Of a DNA stretch of 32,000 bases, positions 23,201-29,132 are shown piece after piece. Source of the DNA: an uncultured Opitutales bacterium (GTDB lineage: Bacteria > Verrucomicrobiota > Verrucomicrobiia > Opitutales > Intestinicryptomonadaceae); NCBI GenBank assembly GCA_934660865.1, contig CAKUIA010000012.1, positions 30,001 through 62,000 of the forward strand, in the 5' to 3' direction. The stretch's first letter is position 1; each line of letters begins with the position of its first letter. A program made the position numbers and the translations under genes. The notes below the pieces were generated by a model. That model did no database searches, was not told the origin of the DNA, and was given only the letters and a program-made list of their open reading frames with translations.

Positions 23201-24828
23201 TTGAAACTACCGTTTAGGGAAACATTGCCCAATTTACCTGCAGAAACCAAATTCTCGATTTGAATCGGAGCAAGCGTTTCCTTATCGGTCATTTTTTTGG
23301 CGTCTTCATTGGGAACGATGTAGGCGTTGTCAACAACCAATTCGTTGCCAAGGGTAATATCGCCGCTGAACGCGGTTGCATTGCCTTTTGCCGCGATTTT
23401 CCCGTCAACAGCCGTACCCGACACTGCAGATGCGTTGATTGTTGCCGAAACATTGTTTGTCAGTTTTTCGGGCAAGGTTTTAACTATATCGAGAGACTTA
23501 GTTTCTTCGTTTCCGATAACTATTTCGCCCCTTATGGCTGTTGCGTCAACAACAGTGTCGGTATCAAACCCTTCGGCGTTTGCGCTTGCGCTTATGTTGG
23601 CGTTTACGCCGCCAAGAGCTTTATCATTACCATTCCGTTGGTCGTTTTTATAACCGCCAAAAGATATGTCTCCTTCAATGGCCGTAGCATTGCCTGCCGC
23701 AAATGTCTTTGTTTTGCCGTCGGCAGATTCGGAAATCTGAGCTTTCTTTGCTTCTGCAGTAGCCTCTATGGACAAATCGTTTTTTCCATATACATCGCCT
23801 TTTACCGCCACTGCATTGCCGCCTTCGGAAAGTGCCGAAGCCTTTACGCTTGCGCTATCAATGCCGTTAACGTCAATGGCAATAGCATCGCCTATTGTAG
23901 CAAGCTTTGACTTATCCTGTTGGTCGAGCATTTGCGCCTTAGACACGGCCGAAGCTTCCAGCGAAGCTACGTCAATATCGCCAGCCTTAACGGCAACAGC
24001 ATTGCCATTTGTTGCAGCTGCACTTGCCTTTATTGTAGATTTTCCGTCGTCTGAATAGATGCCTTGTTCTACCAATATGGCATTTGCGTCGCCTTCGGTG
24101 GCCGTGGCATCTGCTTGAAGCACTACATTTTTGCCGTATATAGCAGTGGCCTCTATTGCGTTTGCCAAAGTTTTACCCTTTGCTATTGCCCTTATTTCAA
24201 CATCTCCACCGTTTTCGGACGTTGCATCAAGAATCGTGTTATATTTACCTTCGCTATCGTCAAAAGCAAAAACGTTCGATTCTCCGCCGTTAATGGTTCC
24301 AACTTTTACCGCACGTGCCTCGCCCTTTTCGGCTACCGCCTCGGCTTCAAGCTTGAAATTTGCGGCTTCCACTGCGGAAATTTCGGCCTTGTCTGCATCG
24401 ATTTTTCCAACCTCGGAAACGCGGAAAGATTCTTTCTTCGAAAGATTGATATCTCCCGCTTCAAAAACCGTCGCGTTGCCTTCTTCCGAAACGGCTTTCA
24501 TTTTTAGATCAACCGACGATGGATCTACTTTTATGGCTCCTTTGATTGCCTCTTTTTCGTATTTGACATCGGATTTTACAAAATCCAACGATTCGGACAA
24601 ATCTGTTATACCCAGACCGTCCTTGTCCTGCGAAAGGGTGATATCGCCCTTCATTTTGCCATCGTAAGACCCGACCCAAATATTTTTGGTTTCGGGATCT
24701 TCCGTTACCGTCGAACTTCCGCTATCGTCGGCTATGGCGTACACGCCCGCAGCCGCATAGAAAAGCGAAAGCAACACTGTACGACCCGCAATATACACGG
24801 GGTCTTTATGTTTCTTTATTCTCTTCAT
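20236..24828 (-). CDS. type Va autotransporter with a large repetitive passenger domain (putative adhesin)
   Basis: 1530 aa. It has an N-terminal signal-like segment and a passenger full of G-[GN]-[NDM]-A-x-[AG] beta-helix-like repeats. The C-terminal ~280 aa form an autotransporter beta-barrel (alternating strands AGLSLGGTY, NVYGEY, and ending LNLGAQFRF with a terminal Phe). Confidence 0.85.
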   Translation of the reverse strand: MKRIKKHKDPVYIAGRTVLLSLFYAAAGVYAIADDSGSSTVTEDPETKNIWVGSYDGKMKGDITLSQDKDGLGITDLSESLDFVKSDVKYEKEAIKGAIKVDPSSVDLKMKAVSEEGNATVFEAGDINLSKKESFRVSEVGKIDADKAEISAVEAANFKLEAEAVAEKGEARAVKVGTINGGESNVFAFDDSEGKYNTILDATSENGGDVEIRAIAKGKTLANAIEATAIYGKNVVLQADATATEGDANAILVEQGIYSDDGKSTIKASAAATNGNAVAVKAGDIDVASLEASAVSKAQMLDQQDKSKLATIGDAIAIDVNGIDSASVKASALSEGGNAVAVKGDVYGKNDLSIEATAEAKKAQISESADGKTKTFAAGNATAIEGDISFGGYKNDQRNGNDKALGGVNANISASANAEGFDTDTVVDATAIRGEIVIGNEETKSLDIVKTLPEKLTNNVSATINASAVSGTAVDGKIAAKGNATAFSGDITLGNELVVDNAYIVPNEDAKKMTDKETLAPIQIENLVSAGKLGNVSLNGSFNAQAVGGDAVAIDAGKIEIGTRVILKQYDYTTTEAQSGTEESAFNDDGSLKQKYAKDESEKDITKQWKPRYIDANGNETFEKTDKIATVELKADKDGKYAMDSSSEKTFEKEVVGDFNADVSAASLGGNAKGIRVADRLGANINGNISAESKANVVYVKDSEGKDTKEIDEANSSIAHASAIYAGNAEVIGNINGNLSAKSEGGMATGMFANSFDGDINGTVSAENTALKSVKQHNKEDYVAGVITDDVNGVLVYGDINGDINGTVSAKSEGGNATGVQANAINGAINGTVSAESKAVLAYKVDTATDKLVVDEANSKSGTAIAVDPETKNLVVNGTLNAVADSFTNDASNAKGLVSTDGEVSFGNGAIVSAKQNVFNAETQRFEHVNVSWDDTAEKVVKTAFNGNAIETGGDLNVNVEGRTDIKGNVKAGGEMSVNGGNFVVAGDLTGVSSIKLASDANLAMTADAAGNVAKITIPVEYAKLAEIEASVDAMDLTAAQKSAKKAEMKNSYLASVRANKFAGNATMLVNDKTDLGKLADLNADQAFQKFDKDNTASSMNKDDVNALGSLDGDGINFSYSVDNTADQNVTMKVNRLSYFQNKAANANSARLGAALDGIATIEASENETKEDALAREADIQTRRDFKSDVETLGMAASGSNTSINLDGFLPTAESFIAQLNNEALINMNTVQMFRLASRADVKRNSTQHTIEKAGANVAEFQSINMLGSQDGGANAAGFDFWSAGGVAAIERDFSKSLFAGLSLGGTYNKIDGDANADANSANFIANVYGEYSLDQIPLDIFMNLGYSHGWNETSRQTALGTATADYDSNSFYSLGGVAYTFSDVATKGLSIKPMLMYNLAYSNADAADEKGAGIYNASVESNDFLNFRTMLGLEVKYDITGNFSALVRAFWTHEFADDSYDVDYRIAQAASYMPSAKFEGEEVSRDAAVLGLGLQYKFDDAASVFVDYSATLRSGYSAHGLNLGAQFRF

Positions 24829-24902
24829 ACTACTTTCTTTTTAGGTTCACCTATTGTTAAGAAAAAATTTCCACACATTTATTCTTATGCCGGCAGTATG
24901 TA

Positions 24903-24915
24903 GTATTGAGAATAC
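24903..24915. repeat. left copy of the 13-bp inverted repeat GTATTGAGAATAC
   Basis: It is the exact reverse complement of 25079-25091 and lies 75 bp upstream of the autotransporter ATG. A minus-strand TACATA at 24902-24897 abuts it. Confidence 0.9.
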
Positions 24916-25078
24916 TATACATGGGTGGTTGTTCGCTAACATATTGATATATAAGACAATCCACAAAAAGAAATAAAGACTGCCCGCAAAGAATATCTAA
25001 CGAAATAATCTAAAAATAAATGTCGGCTATTTTTATTCCAATGATTCTAAAGAATTTTAGATTTTTTATTTGACATCG

Positions 25079-25091
25079 GTATTCTCAATAC
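25079..25091. repeat. right copy of the 13-bp inverted repeat GTATTCTCAATAC
   Basis: It is the exact reverse complement of 24903-24915 and ends 1 nt before the recombinase ATG. A TTGACA at 25070-25075 lies 3 nt inside it. Confidence 0.9.
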
Positions 25092-25092
25092 C

Positions 25093-26127
25093 ATGAAAAA
25101 CGAACTTATTTCCGCAAAAACGCTGCTTGAATGCAAAGGCATCTCACTTTTGGACGCGGCAAGATTAATATGCAATGCGCTTGATTGTCTGCCGAAAAAT
25201 TCAATGCTTACCCCGGTTCAATTCTGCTCGAAAATAATCGAAGAGGGAAAACGACACATTCGCACTGCCGAAATGCCGGTGGCAAAAGGTTTCACTCTCT
25301 ATTTGGAATCCAAGCGGCATTTGCGCAAAGACTCTTTCAACGACATTCGCTATTTAGGCAAACGCCTGCTAAAGACAAATCCCGAACTTGGCAAACGCAA
25401 TTTTTCGGAGCTTAGCGTATCGGAATGCGAAGAATGGCTGAATGCGGCGTTTACTACAAATCCGCAATTCAAGCAAAGCGCGAGTCAATTCAACAAGGGG
25501 CGGACAATGTTGCATGGGTTGTTTGAATTTGCCCTACGCCGCGAATGGTGCGAAAAAAATCCAATAAAGAAAATCGAACGCCGAAAGGTAGTCGAAAAGG
25601 AAATTCAGCCCCTAAAACTATCCGAAACAAAGCGAATAATAAAAACCGCACAAAAAGAAAGCTCTGCCTACGCCGTAGCTGCCGCGCTTTTAGTCTACAC
25701 GGGCATTCGCCCGCGCGAAGTGCGCAGGCTAACTTGGCACGATATCGATACCGAAGAAAAGACAATTACAGTCCGCTCGCAGTGCTCTAAAACGGGAGGT
25801 GTAAGACAAGTGGAAATCCCTCCCGTCTTAAACAAACTTTTGATTACCCATAAATTAAAAAACAATTCTCCTATTTGCCCGACAGACTGGCAGCGCCGCT
25901 GGCGCAAAATCCGCGACAACTCCGGCTTTCGCGGGCGTTGGGTTCAAGATGTTTTGCGCCATACCTACGCCAGCTTCCATGCCAAGCACTATGCCGACTT
26001 GCCACGCCTGCAGCTTAATATGGGGCACCGCGACTTATCGCTTCTTCGTTCGCGCTATGTAAACATGCACGGCATTTCACGCACCGAGGCAAAATGCTTT
26101 TTCGAATCCAAAGAAATTGGCATATAA
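25093..26127 (+). CDS. tyrosine site-specific recombinase (phage integrase family)
   Basis: 344 aa. The catalytic signature is present: TGIRPREV (Arg I), VLRHTYAS (box II His-x-x-Arg region), MGHRD and RSRYVNM (Tyr nucleophile). Confidence 0.85.
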   Translation: MKNELISAKTLLECKGISLLDAARLICNALDCLPKNSMLTPVQFCSKIIEEGKRHIRTAEMPVAKGFTLYLESKRHLRKDSFNDIRYLGKRLLKTNPELGKRNFSELSVSECEEWLNAAFTTNPQFKQSASQFNKGRTMLHGLFEFALRREWCEKNPIKKIERRKVVEKEIQPLKLSETKRIIKTAQKESSAYAVAAALLVYTGIRPREVRRLTWHDIDTEEKTITVRSQCSKTGGVRQVEIPPVLNKLLITHKLKNNSPICPTDWQRRWRKIRDNSGFRGRWVQDVLRHTYASFHAKHYADLPRLQLNMGHRDLSLLRSRYVNMHGISRTEAKCFFESKEIGI

Positions 26128-26220
26128 CAAAAAAAATATGAAACAAAAAAACCGCTCAACCTTTCAGGGCTGGCGGCTTCTTCGTTTGCCGTGTTTAACA
26201 CGGTTCGCTTTTCAACAACC

Positions 26221-26251
26221 ATCTGGCGTCGCAACAATCTTGTTTGTCGCA
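26221..26251 (+). repeat. 31-bp direct repeat, copy 1 (ATCTGGCGTCGCAACAATCTTGTTTGTCGCA)
   Basis: It matches 26821-26851 at 29 of 31 positions. Internally it has GCAACAA-N6-TTGTCGC, an inverted-arm layout with one mismatch. Confidence 0.9.
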
Positions 26252-26346
26252 TTTTTTGCCAAACTTTATGTTCAATTTTTTGAGCATAAAAACATTGAGC
26301 TTTTGCATTGCAAACACTTTGCTGAAATTTTTTAACGGAACGGCTA

Positions 26347-26382
26347 CTTTAAAATTTTGCGTAAATACGCAGAAATTTAAAG
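26347..26382. promoter_or_regulatory. 36-bp imperfect palindrome upstream of the ATPase gene remnant
   Basis: The sequence is CTTTAAAATTTTGCGTA-AA-TACGCAGAAATTTAAAG, with 15 of 17 arm positions complementary. It ends 9 nt before the ATG at 26392. Confidence 0.6.
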
Positions 26383-26391
26383 TAGGTTAAA

Positions 26392-26716
26392 ATGAACAGC
26401 GCACGCCCCATATTCGGTCGATGTCGGACAAGCCATCGTAAACACAAAAGATTCAAGAGGGACAAGCAAACGAAAGTATTTTGAAGTCGATTTTGTCTGC
26501 AATTCGGGGTTCAAACGCTATTATATCCAATCGGCTTTGGAATTGCCCACGAAAGACAAGGCCGAACAAGAGCTGCGGTCTTTGCAGAATATAAACGACA
26601 GCTTCCAAAAAATGGTGATAGTCGGTGGAATTGCCCCGACATACCAAAACGAAAGCGGCATTATAATTATGAACGTTTTTGATTTTCTTTTAGGCGATTC
26701 AAAACTTTTTGAGTAG
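26392..26716 (+). pseudogene. internally deleted, frameshifted paralogue of the COG1373 AAA ATPase gene
   Basis: The first ~8 codons (MNSARPI) match the start of the intact gene at 27191 (MNIARPI). At 26414 the sequence jumps to the homologue of 28147-28447 (YSVDVGQ...MNVFDFLLGDS), one base out of frame. The ATG frame then stops at 26482-26484. The junction lies in a shared ATATT. Confidence 0.8.
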
Positions 26717-26784
26717 CAAACTGCGCCGAGCTTAATTCCTGCGGGCCTTTGCTACGCAAAAATCCCATCATCGTTTTGCCTGCA

Positions 26785-26820
26785 AAAAACCCCGCAAGCC
26801 TTGCGGATTGCGGGTTTTTT
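26785..26820 (+). terminator. rho-independent terminator
   Basis: After an A-run, stem CCCGCAA (26791-26797) pairs with TTGCGGG (26808-26814), followed by a T-run at 26815-26820. Confidence 0.65.
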
Positions 26821-26851
26821 ATCTGGCGTCGCAACAACCTTGTTTGTTGCA
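26821..26851 (+). repeat. 31-bp direct repeat, copy 2 (ATCTGGCGTCGCAACAACCTTGTTTGTTGCA)
   Basis: It starts exactly 600 bp after copy 1. It contains perfect 7-bp inverted arms, GCAACAA (26831-26837) and TTGTTGC (26844-26850), around a 6-bp spacer. Confidence 0.9.
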
Positions 26852-27074
26852 ACATATTGACCTATAAGCAATAGGCGTTTTAACGTTATCTTTGCAGAAA
26901 CGTGAAAAGGCGTCTATCTTGCGAAAATTTTTGGGTCAGTTTTTTCGTAAATTAAGAGTTTAACGGTTTGTCTCATTTTTTACAGAACTTTTTGTCCGAT
27001 TCTTTGAATCGTAAAAACATTGAGTCTTCACATTACAAGCACATTACTGAAATTTGCTTTGAGGGGAGATCTGC

Positions 27075-27108
27075 TTTAAATTTTTGCGTATTTACGCATA
27101 ATTTTAAA
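27075..27108. promoter_or_regulatory. 34-bp imperfect palindrome, second copy of the GCGTA..TACGC motif
   Basis: The sequence is TTTAAATTTTTGCGTA-TT-TACGCATAATTTTAAA, with 14 of 16 arm positions complementary. Confidence 0.6.
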
Positions 27109-27145
27109 TTAAAAGCTTGATTTATCCCTAACATTGCCATTTATT

Positions 27146-27181
27146 TTCTAAGAAATTGCGTAAAAACGCAGAAATTTAAAG
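27146..27181. promoter_or_regulatory. third, half-degenerate copy of the palindrome, immediately upstream of the intact ATPase gene
   Basis: Its right half ACGCAGAAATTTAAAG is identical to that of the copy at 26347-26382. It ends 9 nt before the ATG at 27191, the same spacing as at the remnant. Confidence 0.55.
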
Positions 27182-27190
27182 TAAATAAAA

Positions 27191-28447
27191 ATGAATATAG
27201 CGCGCCCCATATATTTGCAAAAGCTCATCGACCGCAAGCAGAATGGAATGATTAAGGTCATTACCGGAATGCGGCGTTGCGGTAAATCTTTTTTGTTGTT
27301 TTCGATTTTTCGCGAGTACTTAAAACAGAGTGGCATTGATGACGGGCACATTATAGCAGTAGACCTTGAAGACCGTCGCAACAAGCAGTTGCGCAATCCC
27401 GATACGCTTTTGGATTTCATCGACAAAAAGATGTCGGGCAAAGGAGTCTATTACATATTGATAGACGAAGTTCAGATGGCGGCTGAATTCGAAGATGTTT
27501 TAAACAGTCTTTTGAAGAGGTCAAATGCCGACGTTTATGTTACGGGCAGCAACGCGAAATTTCTTTCGAAAGACGTGATTACCGAATTTAGGGGGCGCGG
27601 AGACGAAGTGCGAGTTCGCCCGTTGTCGTTTGCGGAATTCCATTCCGCCAATCCGCAAGAGGACAGAACCGCAGCGTTGTCGGAATATATGGCTTACGGC
27701 GGGTTGCCGCAAACGGTTTCGATGAAATCGGCTACGCAGAAAGAGGACTACTTAAAAGATTTGTTTTTGCACACCTACCTTGTGGATATAAAGGAGAGAT
27801 ACCGAATCAGAAACGATGAGGACTTGGAGGAATTGGTACGGGTTGTCGCGTCGGCAATCGGCGGGCTGACGAATACAACCAAGTTGCAGAACACGTTCAA
27901 TTCCGAAAAGAAAAGCAAGATTTCAAACGCCACGATTAAGAATTATCTTGATATGCTACAAGACGCTTTTCTTGTAGAAAAAGCTACGCGCTACGACATA
28001 AAAGGGCGCAAGTATATCGGCACGCAATCTAAATATTTCTTCGAAGACTTGGGCGTCCGCAACGCCGTGATAAACTTTCGGCAGTCGGAGGAATCGCACC
28101 TTATGGAAAATATGATTTACAACGAACTGCGTATGCGCGGATATTCGGTCGATGTCGGACAAGTCACCGTAAATACAAAAGATTCAAGTGGAACAAGCAA
28201 ACGAAAGTATTTTGAGGTCGATTTTGTCTGCAATTCGGGATTCAAACGCTACTACATTCAATCGGCGTTGGAATTGTCCACGAAAGACAAGGTTGAGCAG
28301 GAGCTGCGGTCATTGCAAAATATAAACGACAGCTTCCAAAAAATGGTGATTGTAGGAGGAACAGCCCCGACATACCAAAACGAAAACGGCATTATAATTA
28401 TGAACGTTTTCGATTTCCTTTTGGGTGATTCAACGCTTTTTGTATAG
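27191..28447 (+). CDS. COG1373-type AAA+ ATPase with a DUF4143-like C-terminal domain
   Basis: 418 aa. It has Walker A (ITGMRRCGKSFLL), Walker B (YYILIDEVQ), and a C-terminal FEVDFV motif typical of the PD-(D/E)xK-like DUF4143 module. Confidence 0.8.
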   Translation: MNIARPIYLQKLIDRKQNGMIKVITGMRRCGKSFLLFSIFREYLKQSGIDDGHIIAVDLEDRRNKQLRNPDTLLDFIDKKMSGKGVYYILIDEVQMAAEFEDVLNSLLKRSNADVYVTGSNAKFLSKDVITEFRGRGDEVRVRPLSFAEFHSANPQEDRTAALSEYMAYGGLPQTVSMKSATQKEDYLKDLFLHTYLVDIKERYRIRNDEDLEELVRVVASAIGGLTNTTKLQNTFNSEKKSKISNATIKNYLDMLQDAFLVEKATRYDIKGRKYIGTQSKYFFEDLGVRNAVINFRQSEESHLMENMIYNELRMRGYSVDVGQVTVNTKDSSGTSKRKYFEVDFVCNSGFKRYYIQSALELSTKDKVEQELRSLQNINDSFQKMVIVGGTAPTYQNENGIIIMNVFDFLLGDSTLFV

Positions 28448-28493
28448 CTGATTATATCATCTTCCCCCTTCAGATTTTAGTCTACATTTTTCG

Positions 28494-28528
28494 GGCGGCG
28501 GGGTATTTATTCCCTGCCGCCTTTTTTT
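28494..28528 (+). terminator. rho-independent terminator after the ATPase gene
   Basis: A 10-bp stem GGCGGCGGGG (28494-28503) / CCCTGCCGCC (28512-21), with one G-U pair, encloses an 8-nt loop. A T-run follows at 28522-28528. Confidence 0.75.
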
Positions 28529-28552
28529 GGGTAAATTTTTACTCAATAATAC

Positions 28553-28569
28553 ATAGCTTTGTAAGCTAT
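28553..28569. promoter_or_regulatory. 17-bp palindrome ATAGCTT-TGT-AAGCTAT at the head of the four-gene operon
   Basis: It has perfect 7-bp inverted arms and ends 5 nt before the ATG at 28575. Its position is operator-like. Confidence 0.45.
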
Positions 28570-28574
28570 TTTTT

Positions 28575-29105
28575 ATGAGTAAAGAATATTACACATTAAG
28601 AGAACTAATAGACAATAACGGCGGACTTTTGAATGACGAAAGTCTGCATTTTATAGCCAAACACGGCTTGCTGTGCGAGTTGTTGCTTTGCGACAATCGG
28701 CTTGGGGAGGAGGCGTTCTTGGCGTTGCCCGCGATGGGATATGCGCCAAACAGCAACGAGCTTGCGTGTTATCTGTATATGCGCGACGACCTCGATTGCA
28801 AAATGATGTCGGCTCTAAACCTGTCCGACGCAGTGATGTTAGAGTTGCTGTGTCTTGACCTCTCGCTTTTGCCTGCGGTAAGGGCGAAGGGATTATTTGG
28901 GCGAATCGACGAAGGGCAATTTGCGAGGATTTTCATCAACGCGTATCGCGCGGCGGAAAGCACTGAGCTTGTTGCCGAGTTGCAAAAGCGCGGATGGGCT
29001 TTTATGGACGCGGTAATTTTGGACTGCCCTGAGATAATCCCCACACTCGAACGAATGGGTGCGGATTTAGAGCAGTCGCGCTATGCCGAGTATTTTTCGA
29101 AGTAA
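28575..29105 (+). CDS. hypothetical 176-aa helical-repeat protein (possibly degenerate ankyrin-like)
   Basis: It shows repeating helix-pair segments resembling ankyrin periodicity (LHFIAKHGLLCELLL, FINAYRAAESTELVAELQKRG, AVILDCPEIIPTLERMGADL). The match is weak and made by eye only. Confidence 0.45.
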   Translation: MSKEYYTLRELIDNNGGLLNDESLHFIAKHGLLCELLLCDNRLGEEAFLALPAMGYAPNSNELACYLYMRDDLDCKMMSALNLSDAVMLELLCLDLSLLPAVRAKGLFGRIDEGQFARIFINAYRAAESTELVAELQKRGWAFMDAVILDCPEIIPTLERMGADLEQSRYAEYFSK

Positions 29106-29132
29106 ATTTTGTGAGTAGGAGAGATTTTCGAG

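Noticed and set aside
20140-24667. Multiple + strand ORFs (65-265 aa) overlapping the autotransporter gene
   Set aside because: All lie antisense to, or out of frame with, a 1530-aa gene that has clear signal peptide, repeat and beta-barrel logic. Their composition reflects the repetitive complement strand.
26055-26855. Reverse-strand ORFs 26055-26252 and 26667-26855, both beginning M(L)(Q)QTRLLRRQ
   Set aside because: Their shared N-termini simply translate the 31-bp direct repeat, and the ORFs run through terminator hairpins. They are most likely artefacts of the repeat.
25093-27190. An integron interpretation (recombinase gene plus a cassette-like array with recurrent sites)
   Set aside because: The 31-bp repeats lack the attC R''/R' signature (RYYYAAC...GTTRRRY) and the long imperfect attC hairpin. 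I also cannot see the IntI-specific insertion in the recombinase. I therefore kept these as generic core-site-like repeats.
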